From positions 140,315-204,314 of the forward strand of contig NZ_JBMSEE010000005.1 of assembly GCF_049446155.1 (NCBI RefSeq): 64,000 nt of DNA, read 5' to 3'. The stretch is from Caldimonas sp. KR1-144 (GTDB lineage Bacteria > Pseudomonadota > Gammaproteobacteria > Burkholderiales > Burkholderiaceae_C). Of the stretch, positions 35,260 to 45,537 are shown piece after piece (position 1 is the stretch's first letter; every line of letters starts with the position of its first letter). The translations under genes and the position numbers were made by a program. A model generated the notes under the pieces. That model was not told the DNA's origin. It searched no databases and was given only the letters and a program-made list of their open reading frames with translations.

Positions 35260-35643
35260 GTGAGCAACATCACCGTCATTCGCCGACAGAACGCGCTCGC
35301 GCTGTTCCAGGCCTGGGCCGAGGCCGCGGTCGCTGCCGGGGCCGCGCCCAAGGGACTCGAGCAGGCCTTTGCCCGCGAGCTCGAGATCTCGCCCTCGATG
35401 TGGAGCCAGATCAAGTCCTCGCGGCCGATCGGCGACAAGCTCGCGCGGCAGATCGAGCAGCACTGCGCCAAGCCCGTCGGCTGGCTCGACGAGGAGCGCG
35501 AGTCGGCCGGCCTCACCGCGGCGGAGCAGCAGTTCCTCGCGCTGGCGTTGAATGCCTGGCGCGCGACCAACAGCGCCGGTCGACGCGAACTGCGCGCTTG
35601 GCTCTCGGGCCGCGTGGCCAAGACGGACCCGCATTCGACCTAG
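35260..35643 (+). CDS. XRE-family helix-turn-helix transcriptional regulator (start uncertain; GTG 35260 or ATG 35116)
   Basis: HTH segment GLEQAFARELEISPSMWSQIKSSRPIGDKLARQIEQH matches the XRE/Cro pattern. Confidence 0.5.
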   Translation: MSNITVIRRQNALALFQAWAEAAVAAGAAPKGLEQAFARELEISPSMWSQIKSSRPIGDKLARQIEQHCAKPVGWLDEERESAGLTAAEQQFLALALNAWRATNSAGRRELRAWLSGRVAKTDPHST

Positions 35644-35691
35644 GGACGGCCGCGCCTCGCGCCTTGCCTTGAACGCTGCACACTGAACGCC

Positions 35692-36555
35692 ATGAACCAC
35701 CCCGTGCACGTGCGAACGATGCGCCGCGACGAGATCGCCTGGGCCATAGACCAGGCCGCGCGCGAGGGCTGGAACCCGGGCCTTCATGACGCCGCCTGCT
35801 TCGCCGCCGCCGACCCGCAGGGCTTTTTGGTCGCCGAGGTCGACGCCCGGCCCGTAGGCTGCGTGAGCGCGGTGTCGTACGCCGGCGGCTTCGGCTTCGT
35901 CGGCCTGTACATCGTCTTGCCCCAATGGCGCGGCCAGGGCATCGGCTGGCGCTTGTGGACCGAGGGCATGCGCCGGCTCGAGGGCCGCGTGGTCGGCCTC
36001 GACGGCGTGCCGGCGCAGCAGGACAACTACCGCAAGTCGGGCTTCCGGCTCGCCTGGCAGAACATGCGCTTCGCTGGCACGGCACGGGCCGCGTCGGGCG
36101 ATGCCGGCGATCCATCGCAAAGGCTCGTGCCGCTGGCCGCGATCGACTTCGCGATGCTTTGCGCCGACGACCGTCGCGTCTTTCCCGCGCCGCGCGAGGA
36201 CTTCCTGCGCGCATGGATCGGCATGCCCGATGCCGCCGGCCTGGCCTGCATCGATGCCGATGGCGGCCTCGCGGGCTGGGGCGTCATCCGCCGTTGCCGC
36301 GATGGCCACAAGATCGCCCCGCTGGTGGCCGGCAGGCGGGCCGTGGCCGAGCGCCTGTTCGAGGCGCTGTGTGCCTGCGTGCCCGAAGGCGACGCGATCT
36401 TCCTCGACGTGCCGCTGCCCAACGCCGACGCCGTGGCGCTGGCCGAATCGCGCGGACTGCGCGGCGTGTTCGAGACCGCGCGCATGTATACGGCGCCGCC
36501 GCCGCCGATCGAGCTGGGGCGGGTGTACGGCGTGACCAGCTTCGAGCTGGGGTGA
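35692..36555 (+). CDS. GNAT family N-acetyltransferase (two-domain, YitH-like)
   Basis: Acetyl-CoA motif QWRGQGIGWRLW. 287 aa. Confidence 0.8.
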   Translation: MNHPVHVRTMRRDEIAWAIDQAAREGWNPGLHDAACFAAADPQGFLVAEVDARPVGCVSAVSYAGGFGFVGLYIVLPQWRGQGIGWRLWTEGMRRLEGRVVGLDGVPAQQDNYRKSGFRLAWQNMRFAGTARAASGDAGDPSQRLVPLAAIDFAMLCADDRRVFPAPREDFLRAWIGMPDAAGLACIDADGGLAGWGVIRRCRDGHKIAPLVAGRRAVAERLFEALCACVPEGDAIFLDVPLPNADAVALAESRGLRGVFETARMYTAPPPPIELGRVYGVTSFELG

Positions 36556-36564
36556 CGCCGGCCG

Positions 36565-37497
36565 CTATGACACCAGCCGGCCGCGTCGATCGGCCACGCC
36601 GATGTGCGCGCGCATGCCGGCGTTGAACGCGAGATAGTCGGCCTCGATGCCGTCGCTGAAGATCACGCCGCCTTCGGCCATCAGCGAGGTCAGCTCGAGC
36701 CGCGCGTCGCGCGTCACGTAGCCCCAGGCCGGAAGGACCTGCGTCGTGCGGCTCGGGAAGGGCTCGCGCACCGCGAACAGCAGGCGCTCGGTGTCCCAGG
36801 GCATCGGCCGTTCCTCGATGTGCGGCTCGGCGCCTTCGAGCCCGTGCGCGATCGCCTGAGCGCCAGCCAGCACCGAGCGCATCCAGCCGGTGGAGCCCAG
36901 GCCGGTCGAGACGATGATGCCGCTCGACGACTGCACCGCATGCCGCGGACCGTGCTGCAGCTCGTAGCGCGCCGAGGTGTGGCTGCGCGGGCCGATGAAG
37001 AGGTCGTTGACGGCGTGGAGCTGCTGCCCGTCCTGCAGCCGCGCGACCGCCATCGTCACCGTCTTGCAGGGCCGCTTGTCGGCCAACGCCTCGGGCAGCA
37101 GCTTGACGATGTCGGCCACGCCGAACGGCAGCAGCACGCCGTCGTAGCGGCCCGGGTCCGGGTTCACGCCGATCAGCGGCTGGCCGTCGAGGTACTTCAG
37201 CGTGTTGGCGACCAGGCCGTCCTGGCCCAGCGCCATCACGACGTCGTCGGGCCCGAACAGGAAGTTGGGCAAGAGCGCGCGATCGACCACCTGATAGCGC
37301 CCGTGCAGCTCGAGCCGCTCACGCACCGCGGCGAGTGCGGCGCGGTAACCGCGGTGCTCGCGCTCGTAGTCGGCGAAATCGGCGCCGAGGTGTTCGACGT
37401 AGAAGCGCGCCTGCTCCAGCGTGGCGAAGCGAACCAGCAGCTCTTCCAGTCGCGTGTGCCGCGTCACCAGCACCACCTTGCGTTCGAGCGAGGCCAT
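36565..37497 (-). CDS. ATP-NAD kinase family protein
   Basis: GQDGLVANTL (GGDG-like) and NAD kinase C-terminal fold motifs. Downstream of the SPFH gene in the same operon. Confidence 0.75.
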   Translation of the reverse strand: MASLERKVVLVTRHTRLEELLVRFATLEQARFYVEHLGADFADYEREHRGYRAALAAVRERLELHGRYQVVDRALLPNFLFGPDDVVMALGQDGLVANTLKYLDGQPLIGVNPDPGRYDGVLLPFGVADIVKLLPEALADKRPCKTVTMAVARLQDGQQLHAVNDLFIGPRSHTSARYELQHGPRHAVQSSSGIIVSTGLGSTGWMRSVLAGAQAIAHGLEGAEPHIEERPMPWDTERLLFAVREPFPSRTTQVLPAWGYVTRDARLELTSLMAEGGVIFSDGIEADYLAFNAGMRAHIGVADRRGRLVS

Positions 37498-37513
37498 GGC
37501 AACCTCCGCGTCC

Positions 37514-38554
37514 TCAGGCCGCCCTGGCAGCGGCTCGCGCGCTGCCGGTGCCCATCAGCGAGCGCAGCAGGTCGGGCGAGATGTTGAGTTCGCCGATCTT
37601 GTCGGCGCGCTCGGCCAGGCCGCCGAAGGCCTGCGCGATCAGCTGGCCGGGCTCCATGCCCACCGACGCGAAGGCCTGGATCACCTTCGGGTCGGCCTTC
37701 TCGAGCGCTTGCATCAGCGCGCCGACGCGGTGCGCCTCGGCCTCGGCCAGCGCGCGCGTGTTCTCGGCCTGGCTGGCGACGAGCTGCTTGCGCTCGTCCT
37801 CGAGCGCAATGCTCGAACGCATGTCGGCCTGCGCAAGCCGGGCCTTCTTGTCCTGGATGCTGGCCTCGGTTTCCACCTCGGTCTCGCGGATCGTGCGCTT
37901 CTTGCGCTCGACGGCGATCTCGGTCTCCAGCTCGCTCTCGCGGATCTGGCGCTCGTTCTCCACCGCAGCGTTGCGGCGCAGGAAGATCGCCTCGTCGGCC
38001 GACTTGAGGATGGCCTCGCGCGCCTCGGCTTCGAGCGCGCGCGCGGTCTCCGGCGTGGGGCGCACCGCCTCGATCGCCAGGCCCAGCACCTCCAGGCCCA
38101 GCGCGGCGATTTCGGGGTGCACGGCGAGCGCGCGCAGCGCCTCGGCACCGAGCTCGTCGCCCGCCTGCAGCGCCTGGCGCAGCGCGCGGCGCTTCATGCC
38201 CTGCTGGATCAGCACGCGCAGCAGGCTCAGCACGCGTTGCGGGAGTTTTTCGGGGTCTTCGGACACGTGTCCCTTGCCGCCGGCGGCGAGCGAGAAGTCG
38301 AGCATGGCCGCGGTCTTGCGCGGCTCGCTGATGCGCCAGGTGAGCTGGCCTTGCACCGTCAGCGCCTGGAAGTCCGCCGTCATGTAGGGCTCGATGAAGT
38401 CGTCGCGGCGGCTGGCCACCGGCACCGCGACCAGCGTGCTGGTAGGCGAGAAGACGAACAGCGACAAGCCTGCGCCTTCACGCACCAGCTTTCCGCCGCG
38501 GAACTGCATCAGGTAGGTGGTCGGGGGCGTCTTGATGTATCGGAAGCCGAGCAT
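37514..38554 (-). CDS. SPFH/band-7 domain protein (soluble, coiled-coil C-terminus)
   Basis: AAGGAG SD. YIKTPPTTYLMQFRGGKLVREGAGLS and the flotillin-like EA-rich coiled coil. Confidence 0.8.
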   Translation of the reverse strand: MLGFRYIKTPPTTYLMQFRGGKLVREGAGLSLFVFSPTSTLVAVPVASRRDDFIEPYMTADFQALTVQGQLTWRISEPRKTAAMLDFSLAAGGKGHVSEDPEKLPQRVLSLLRVLIQQGMKRRALRQALQAGDELGAEALRALAVHPEIAALGLEVLGLAIEAVRPTPETARALEAEAREAILKSADEAIFLRRNAAVENERQIRESELETEIAVERKKRTIRETEVETEASIQDKKARLAQADMRSSIALEDERKQLVASQAENTRALAEAEAHRVGALMQALEKADPKVIQAFASVGMEPGQLIAQAFGGLAERADKIGELNISPDLLRSLMGTGSARAAARAA

Positions 38555-38578
38555 GGCGTTTCTCCTTGGACTTGTGCC

Positions 38579-38603
38579 ACATAGTGGCTTCAGCCCACTA
38601 TGT
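38579..38603. promoter_or_regulatory. perfect 9-bp inverted repeat ACATAGTGG-N7-CCACTATGT in divergent promoter region; candidate NrtR operator
   Basis: Seen directly. Flanked by the AT-rich segment ggataatagaactaag. Confidence 0.4.
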
Positions 38604-38683
38604 AAGTTGGATAATAGAACTAAGATCGGCGGCGTCAAGGCCCGCGTTGCGCGGACCGCACCGAAACCGACCGAACGTGACCC

Positions 38684-39430
38684 ATGCCACGCCGCGTTCC
38701 TGAACCCGCCGGCGCCGTGCGCGCACCGCGCATCGAGCGGCCCTTGTGCACTGTTGACGTCGTCGTCTTCACCGTGCGCGACGAGCAGCTGTGCGCGCTG
38801 CTCGTGCAGCGGCCCGACGCGCCGGACGAGCCGTTCCCGCGGCGCTGGGCGCTGCCCGGCGGCTTCGTCGATCCCAAGGCCGACGCATCGCTCGAGGCCT
38901 GCGCGCAGCGCAAGCTGGCCGAGAAGACCGGCGTCGTGCCGCCCTACCTGGAGCAGCTGGGCAGCTGGGGCGATGGCAGGCGCGATCCGCGCGGCTGGTC
39001 GGCCACGCACGTCTACTTCACGCTGATGCCGACGACCGACGTCGTACTGACGGCCGGCGGCAACGCGGGGGAGGCGAAGTGGCTGCCGGTCGATCCGCCG
39101 TCGCGCTGGCCGGCGCTGGCCTTCGACCACCGGCGCATCCTCGAAGCGGCGGTGGAGCGCCTGCGTTCCAAGGTCGAGTACACCTCGCTCGCGGCCTATC
39201 TGCTGCCCGACGAGTTCACGCTCACCGAGCTGCAGCGCCGCTTCGAGGTCGTGCTGGGCCGTGCGATCGAGAAGAGCGCATTCCGCACGCGGATGCTGTC
39301 GGTCGACTGGCTCGAGCCGCTCGCGGCGATGCGCACCGGCAACTTCCGCCCGGCCCAGCTGTACCGGCTGAAGGCGCCGGGCGAGCTGGTGTTCTTTCCG
39401 CGGACCTTCTATGCCAAGGACGGCCGCTGA
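38684..39430 (+). CDS. Nudix hydrolase domain + C-terminal winged-helix protein, NrtR-like regulator
   Basis: Nudix box region GGFVDPKADASLEACAQRKLAEKTGV. A ~90-aa C-terminal domain is consistent with the NrtR family. Confidence 0.65.
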   Translation: MPRRVPEPAGAVRAPRIERPLCTVDVVVFTVRDEQLCALLVQRPDAPDEPFPRRWALPGGFVDPKADASLEACAQRKLAEKTGVVPPYLEQLGSWGDGRRDPRGWSATHVYFTLMPTTDVVLTAGGNAGEAKWLPVDPPSRWPALAFDHRRILEAAVERLRSKVEYTSLAAYLLPDEFTLTELQRRFEVVLGRAIEKSAFRTRMLSVDWLEPLAAMRTGNFRPAQLYRLKAPGELVFFPRTFYAKDGR

Positions 39431-39438
39431 GCCTCGAG

Positions 39439-40767
39439 ATGAGCATCAAGGAAGTTCTCAAGACACCGTTCGCACCGCTGCTCGTCAGCAGCCTGTTCCT
39501 CGTGCTGGCCAACATGGTCGGCTACGTCGCCGTCTCGTGGTGGATCGCGCAGCAAGGCGGCGCGGCCGATCTCGCGCGCTACGGCGTCGTGATGTCGCTG
39601 GTGTCGCTGGTGGCCGTGCCGCTGCTGTCGCCGCTGGGCGACCGCGTTGCCAAGGGTCCGCTGATCACCGCGGCGCTCGGCTGCTTCGCGGTTGCGGCGA
39701 TGCTGCTGGCGTGGTGGGTCGGCACGCGCGGCTACCGGCTCGATGTCGTGCTGGCGATTCAGGCGGTGCCGATGATCGCGATGGCGGTGGTGCAGCCGGC
39801 CACGACCGGCCTGGCGGCGGAACTGGTGCCGGCCTCGAGCCTGCAGCAGGCGCTGAACCGGCAGCAAGGCGCACAGTCGATCGGCCGGCTGGCCGGGCCC
39901 GCGCTGGGCGGCGCGGTGCTGGCCGCGGCGGGCACCGCGCCGGCGCTGTGGCTGCATGCAGCGCTGCTCGTCATGGCCACGGGGCTGGCGATGCGACTGC
40001 CGCGCATCGAGCGCGCCGACGCGGCGCGCCGCTCGAGCTGGTGGTCCGAACTGCGCGCCGGCCTGAAGGCCAACTGGGGCATTCCGCTCGAGCGCGGCTG
40101 GATGGCCGCCAACTTCGTGTCGTGGATCTTCATCTTCCCGGCGCTGACGATGCTGGTGCCGCTGAAGGTGCAGTCGCTGCAGCTGTCGGCCTGGTGGCTC
40201 GGGCTGTGCGAGGCGATGCTGTCGCTCGGCGTGCTGCTGGGCGCCTTGGGCGGCGCGAACTGGCTGATCGCGCGCTTCGGCCGCTTCAACACGCGCGTGG
40301 CCTCGGCCTCCGCGCAGGGCCTGGCGCTGGCGCTGGCCGGCGTCACCGACCACCCCATCGTGCTGGTGGCCTCGTTCGCGCTCGTCGGCATCGGCAGCTC
40401 GGCGATGACGCTGGTCGGGCTGACGCACCGAACGCTGGCGCGGCCGGCGGCCTATCGCACGCGCATGTCGGCCGGATCGATCGTCACGACGCAGGTGGCC
40501 GCGTCGCTCGGGCCCGCGCTGGCGGGCCTGGCCCTCAGCGTCTGGTCCGTCAAGTGGGTCTATCTCGCCTTCGGCGTGCTCGGCGCCGCGGCGGCGCTGT
40601 CGCTGGCCGCGGTACCGGGCTTTCGCGCCTTCATGGCGCTGAGCCACGAGGAGGTCGACGGCTGGTACGGCCGCGCGCACCCCGAGGCCTTCGGCGGGCG
40701 CGCCGGCGACGCAGCGCTCAGCGCGTCGGGCGCGTGCCCATCGCGGTCAGCACGCCCAGGCCAATGA
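39439..40767 (+). CDS. MFS transporter
   Basis: 12 TM helices. 442 aa. Confidence 0.8.
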   Translation: MSIKEVLKTPFAPLLVSSLFLVLANMVGYVAVSWWIAQQGGAADLARYGVVMSLVSLVAVPLLSPLGDRVAKGPLITAALGCFAVAAMLLAWWVGTRGYRLDVVLAIQAVPMIAMAVVQPATTGLAAELVPASSLQQALNRQQGAQSIGRLAGPALGGAVLAAAGTAPALWLHAALLVMATGLAMRLPRIERADAARRSSWWSELRAGLKANWGIPLERGWMAANFVSWIFIFPALTMLVPLKVQSLQLSAWWLGLCEAMLSLGVLLGALGGANWLIARFGRFNTRVASASAQGLALALAGVTDHPIVLVASFALVGIGSSAMTLVGLTHRTLARPAAYRTRMSAGSIVTTQVAASLGPALAGLALSVWSVKWVYLAFGVLGAAAALSLAAVPGFRAFMALSHEEVDGWYGRAHPEAFGGRAGDAALSASGACPSRSARPGQ

Positions 40768-41359
40768 AGGACGTGCCGGCCAGCCGGTTGCCCCACACCG
40801 CGTGCCGGCTCGCGCGAGCCAGGCGCGGCGCCAGCAGGCTGGCCGTCAGCACGTAGATCAGGTCGGTGCAGCAGGCGATCGCAACGAACACGCCGCCGAG
40901 CGCGAGGGTTTGCAGCAGCGGGCTGGCGTGCGCGTCCATGAACTGCGGCAGGAAGGCGGCGAAGAACAGCGTGGTCTTGGGGTTCAGCAGCGCGACGACG
41001 AAGCCGTCGCGAAACACGCGGTGCACCGGCTGGGCGGGCACGCGCGGCGCCGCGTCGCCCACCGCCGCGGCCGGCGTGCGCCACAGGCGGATGCCGAGGT
41101 AGACCAGGTAGGCCGCGCCGGCCCATTTGACGACGGTGAAGGCGGTCGACGAGACGGCGAACAGCGCCGCCAGGCCGATCGCCGCACCCACCGCATTGGC
41201 GAGGTTGCCGAGCGCGACGCCCAGCACCGACGCCAAGCCGCTGGCGCGGCCTTGCGCGAGCGTGCGGGCGATGATGTAGACCACCGCGGGTCCGGGCGTG
41301 AGCGCGAGCGTCAGGCTCGCGCCGATGAAGGCAAGCAGCAAGGGCGTGTCGGGCAGCAT
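40718..41359 (-). CDS. LysE/RhtB family amino-acid exporter
   Basis: MLPDTPLLLAFIGASLTLALTPGPAVVYIIARTL. 6 TM. Confidence 0.85.
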   Translation of the reverse strand: MLPDTPLLLAFIGASLTLALTPGPAVVYIIARTLAQGRASGLASVLGVALGNLANAVGAAIGLAALFAVSSTAFTVVKWAGAAYLVYLGIRLWRTPAAAVGDAAPRVPAQPVHRVFRDGFVVALLNPKTTLFFAAFLPQFMDAHASPLLQTLALGGVFVAIACCTDLIYVLTASLLAPRLARASRHAVWGNRLAGTSFIGLGVLTAMGTRPTR

Positions 41360-41418
41360 CGGGACTCCTGCGGTTGCGGGGCGCGCCGGCGCAGCCTACT
41401 CCACGCGAGCTCGCTCCC

Positions 41419-44400
41419 TCAGGCCCGGGCCGCCTGCTGCATCGCCCGCAGCGCCGCGATCACGGCCTCGAGGTGGGCCTCGGCGGCCTTGAAGAGCGTG
41501 TCGACCTCGCCCGCGGCGGCATGCTCCGAGCAGGCATGTTCCAGTGCGGCGGCCGCGGCGGAGAGATCCGTCGCTCCGAGCGTCGCGGCCAGGCACTTCA
41601 GATCGTGCGCGAGGCGCTGCGCCGTCTCGTCGTCGCCCGCCGCGCGTGCTTCGGCGAAGCGTTCGCCGAAGCGCTCTTCCTGCTCGATGAACATGCTGAC
41701 GACGCGCCGATAGAGCTGCTCGTTGCCGCGCATGCCGGCCAGCGCCGCGCGGCTGTCCGTGGACGCCGCGGCCGCCTGGGGCCGGCGGATCCAGCGCGCC
41801 AGCGTCGCGAACAGCTCCTCGACGCGGATCGGCTTGGCGATGTGGTCGTTCATGCCGGCCTCGAGCACCTTCTCGCGGTCGCCCACCATCGCGTTGGCCG
41901 TCATCGCGATCACCGGCAGGTCGCGCCATTGCGGGTGCTGGCGCAGCGCGCGCGTGGCCGCGTAGCCGTCCATCACCGGCATCTGGCAGTCCATCAGCAC
42001 CAGATCGAAGGGTTCTCGCTCCAGGCATTCGAGCGCCTCGCGGCCGTTGCTGGCGATGCGCAGCGCGACGCCGGTGTCGCCGAGCAGGTCGCGCGCGAGC
42101 TCCTGGTTCACCTCGTTGTCCTCGACCAGCAGGATGCGCGCGCCGACCAGGCTGTCGCGGTGCTGGCCCAGCGCCTCGTCGTGGCGCTCGGCGCGCAGCG
42201 GCACGCGCCCCGGCAGCTTGAGCGCCGCCAGACAGCTGTCGAGCAGGGTCGAAGGCGTGACCGGCTTGGTCAGCGTCGCGGCCGCGGTGAGCCTCTCGGC
42301 GGCGAGGCGCTGCGCCACGTCCTCGCGGCTGAACGCGGTGAGCATCAGCACCGGCGGCGGCGGGTGGAGCAGGTCCATGCGGGCCAGCTGCGCCAGGCAT
42401 TCGATGCCGTCGAGCACGGGCATCCTCCAGTCCAGCAGCAGCAGCTGGAACGGCCGGCCCTGCCGGTCGGCCGCCTCGATTGCGCGCAGCGCCGCGCCGC
42501 CGTGGTCGACCGCGGTCGGCAGCATCCCCAGGCTGGCCGTCATCCTGGCCAGCAGCTCGCGCGCCACCGCGTTGTCGTCGGCGATCAGCACGCGCCGCCC
42601 GCGCAGGCCGTCGCTGCGGCGCGCGTCGAACCCCGACGCCGCCTGCACGCGCAGCCCGAGGCGGGCCGTGAAGCTGAAGCGGCTGCCGCGCCCGGGCTCG
42701 CTGTCGAGCTCGATGCGCCCGCCCATCAGGCGCACCAGATGGCGGCAGATGACCAGGCCCAGCCCGGTGCCGCCGTAGCGCCGGCTGGTGGACGCGTCGG
42801 CCTGCGAGAAGGGCTGGAACAGGCGCTGCTGTTGCTCGCGCGAGATGCCGATGCCGCTGTCGCGCACCTCGAAGCGCAGCACCACGCTGGCGGCGTCGCG
42901 CTCGATCTCCTCGACCTTGACGACGATCTCGCCGCGCTCGGTGAACTTGACCGCGTTGTTGCCCAGGTTGATCAGCACCTGGCCCAGGCGCATCGGGTCG
43001 CCGCTGAGCGCGGTCGGCAGCCCCGGCGCGAGCTCGAACACCAGCTCCAGCCCCTTGTCCTCGGCCTTCATGCCGACTTGCGTGGCCAGGTTGTCGAGCA
43101 CGTCGCCGAGGTCGAACGGGATGTCCTCCATGTCCAGGTGGCCGGCCTCGATCTTGGAGAGGTCGAGGATGTCGTTGATGATGCCCAGCAGCGACTCGGC
43201 CGAGCGGTGCACCTTCTGCACGTAGTTGAGCTGCTGCGCGTTGAGGCCGCTTTGCAGCGCGAGGTAGGACATGCCGAGGATGGCGTTCATCGGCGTGCGG
43301 ATCTCGTGGCTCATATTGGCGAGGAACTCGCTCTTCGCGCGGTTGGACACCTCGGCCTCGAGCCGCGCCTGGCGGTCGGCCTCGGCCTGTTTGCGCTCGG
43401 TGAGGTCGACCACGAAGGCGACGCCGCGGTCCTGCGAATCGGCCAGGAACGCCGCGCCGATGAGCACCGGCACCAGGCTGCCGTCCTTGCGGATGTAGTG
43501 CTTCTCGTAGGTCTGGCAGCGGCCGGTGCGGCGCAGCTCCTCGGCCGCGATGCGGTCGGCCTCGGCGCACTCCGGCGGCGTGAGCCGCGCCCAGTTGACG
43601 ACGCCGGCCTCGAGGTCCTCGCGCGTGTAGCCCACGAGGGCCAGGAAGGCGTCGTTCGCCTCGTGGATCGCGCCCGCGAGATCCCAGAAGAAGACGCCGA
43701 TGATGCTGGACTCGACCAGCCGGCGCAGGCCGGCCTGGCTGGCGTGCAGCGCCTGCTGCGTCTCGTGCTGCTCGCGCGTGCGCTGCTCGATGCGCTCGCC
43801 CATCGCGTTGATGCCGCGCTGCAGCGCGCCGATCTCGTCATCCGCGGCGAGGTCGGCGATGCGCGCGCCGAAGTCGCCTTGCTCGATGCGGTTGACACAG
43901 CCCAGCGTGGCGTCGATGCGGCGCATCAGCCAGCGCCCGAACAGGTGGACCGCGATCGCGTTCAGGCACAGCGCCGCCAGCGTGATGCCGGCGATCGGGC
44001 GCATGAAGCGCAGCATCGCCGCGTGGAGCTCCCTGCGCGAGACGGCCACGCCGACCAGCCAGTCGATCGGGTGCAGCGTCTGGAAAACGGCCATGCGGCG
44101 GTCGCCCTGGTAGACGTACTCCAGCGAGCCGGTCTCGCGCCGCACCATCTCGGCGACGAACTCGTTGCGCGCGCGCTCGCCCAGCGTGCGGTCGGGGTGG
44201 TAGATGACGCGCAGATCGTTCTTCTCGACGATGAACAGGCTGGCCGACGCGAAGCCTTGCTTCGCGCGCAGGTGCTCCAGCTGCGCCGCGGCCTCCTTGC
44301 TGGCCGCGACCACGCCGGAGCGGTCGAGCTGCTGGCGGATGGCTTGCGTGGCCGTCTGCAGCTCGAGGCGCATCAGGCGCTGGTGCGACTCGCGCTCGGC

Positions 44401-44496
44401 CGCCTCGATGAAGAACAGCGCCGCGGCCAGCACCGCGAGGGTCATGACCAGGATCACCGCCAGCGAGAGCAGGTTCAGCCGGGTTGCGATCCTCAC
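41419..44496 (-). CDS. hybrid sensor histidine kinase/response regulator (periplasmic sensor-HAMP-PAS-HisKA-HATPase-REC-REC-HPt)
   Basis: H-box [12 protein letters not shown]-box GGTGLGL, two D-containing REC domains ([12 protein letters not shown]; [11 protein letters not shown]), C-terminal HPt ([12 protein letters not shown]). Confidence 0.85.
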   Translation of the reverse strand: MRIATRLNLLSLAVILVMTLAVLAAALFFIEAAERESHQRLMRLELQTATQAIRQQLDRSGVVAASKEAAAQLEHLRAKQGFASASLFIVEKNDLRVIYHPDRTLGERARNEFVAEMVRRETGSLEYVYQGDRRMAVFQTLHPIDWLVGVAVSRRELHAAMLRFMRPIAGITLAALCLNAIAVHLFGRWLMRRIDATLGCVNRIEQGDFGARIADLAADDEIGALQRGINAMGERIEQRTREQHETQQALHASQAGLRRLVESSIIGVFFWDLAGAIHEANDAFLALVGYTREDLEAGVVNWARLTPPECAEADRIAAEELRRTGRCQTYEKHYIRKDGSLVPVLIGAAFLADSQDRGVAFVVDLTERKQAEADRQARLEAEVSNRAKSEFLANMSHEIRTPMNAILGMSYLALQSGLNAQQLNYVQKVHRSAESLLGIINDILDLSKIEAGHLDMEDIPFDLGDVLDNLATQVGMKAEDKGLELVFELAPGLPTALSGDPMRLGQVLINLGNNAVKFTERGEIVVKVEEIERDAASVVLRFEVRDSGIGISREQQQRLFQPFSQADASTSRRYGGTGLGLVICRHLVRLMGGRIELDSEPGRGSRFSFTARLGLRVQAASGFDARRSDGLRGRRVLIADDNAVARELLARMTASLGMLPTAVDHGGAALRAIEAADRQGRPFQLLLLDWRMPVLDGIECLAQLARMDLLHPPPPVLMLTAFSREDVAQRLAAERLTAAATLTKPVTPSTLLDSCLAALKLPGRVPLRAERHDEALGQHRDSLVGARILLVEDNEVNQELARDLLGDTGVALRIASNGREALECLEREPFDLVLMDCQMPVMDGYAATRALRQHPQWRDLPVIAMTANAMVGDREKVLEAGMNDHIAKPIRVEELFATLARWIRRPQAAAASTDSRAALAGMRGNEQLYRRVVSMFIEQEERFGERFAEARAAGDDETAQRLAHDLKCLAATLGATDLSAAAAALEHACSEHAAAGEVDTLFKAAEAHLEAVIAALRAMQQAARA

Positions 44497-44544
44497 CGCC
44501 GTCTCCCTGGTGCGTGGCCGTTCGTACCTGCCGGTGCGCGCGCG

Positions 44545-45537
44545 TCAGAACCTGAACTGGTCCACGTTGTCCTTCGTGAACCGAAGGACCGGCAGCGCCA
44601 CTTGCATGCTGATCGCGTCCTGGCGCGGCGTGAAGCTGCCGAGGCTGCCGGCCTTGAACGGCTGGCCGACCTTGAGCCCGCCGGCCAGCAGCTCGCGCGC
44701 GCTGTAGACCGTGAGGTAGCCGTGGTCCGGCGCGTTCCACAGCAGCACGGTCTTGACCGTGCCGTCCTTCAGGAACTCGCGCATCTGGTTGGGCGTGGAG
44801 TTGCCCACCACCGCCACCTTGCCGGCCTGGCCCGCCTCGCGCACGGCACGCGCAACGCCCGGCAGGTTGGGCGCGCCCAGCGCGACGATGGCCTTCAGCC
44901 CCGGAATCGAGGCCAGGTAGTCCTGCGCGATGCGGTAGGCGCCTTCGGTGCTCTCGCCGGCGGGGCGCACGTCGACGATGCGCAGGCCGGGGTACTTAGC
45001 GTACATCGTGCGCTTCATCGCGTCGATCCAGCTGGTCTGGTTGGGCGCGCTGAAACTGGTGGTCACGACGGCGAGATCGCCCTTGGCGCCGATCTCCTGC
45101 GTGAGCACCTCGACGAGCTGATCGCCGAAGTCCTGGAAATCGACCAGGTTGACGAAGAACTCGCGCTGCCGGCTGTCGCCGTCCCAGCTGATGACCCGGA
45201 TGCCGGCGCGCTGCGCCTTGGCGAGCACCGGCGCGATGCTCACCGGGTCGTTGGCCGCGACCGCGATCAGGTCCGGCTTGGTGGGAATGAGGCGCTCGAT
45301 CAGGTCGATCTGCTTTTCGACCTGGTCCTGGGCCGGGCCGACCCAGGTGATCGCGACGTCCGGCAGCTCCTTCGCCGCGGCATCGATGCCGCGCTTGACG
45401 GCGTCGTAGTAGGCGATGCCGACCAGCTTGGGAATGATGACGATGCGCCAGGCGCGCTGCTGCGCCGCAGCGGGCAGGATGACCAGCGCCGGCAGCAGCG
45501 CGGCGGCCTGGACAAGCGTTCTGCGCAAGCGGTGCAT
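44545..45537 (-). CDS. periplasmic substrate-binding protein (sugar-binding/TorT-LuxP-like), upstream partner of hybrid kinase
   Basis: Signal peptide. Type-I PBP fold motifs. Same operon as the kinase. Confidence 0.7.
   Translation of the reverse strand: MHRLRRTLVQAAALLPALVILPAAAQQRAWRIVIIPKLVGIAYYDAVKRGIDAAAKELPDVAITWVGPAQDQVEKQIDLIERLIPTKPDLIAVAANDPVSIAPVLAKAQRAGIRVISWDGDSRQREFFVNLVDFQDFGDQLVEVLTQEIGAKGDLAVVTTSFSAPNQTSWIDAMKRTMYAKYPGLRIVDVRPAGESTEGAYRIAQDYLASIPGLKAIVALGAPNLPGVARAVREAGQAGKVAVVGNSTPNQMREFLKDGTVKTVLLWNAPDHGYLTVYSARELLAGGLKVGQPFKAGSLGSFTPRQDAISMQVALPVLRFTKDNVDQFRF

Noticed and set aside
35692-36555. GNAT + XRE as a tRNA-acetylating toxin-antitoxin pair
   Set aside because: The GNAT is 287 aa with two domains, not the ~170-aa TacT/AtaT toxin size. 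The XRE gene is not overlapping or coupled. Kept only as a low-interest note.
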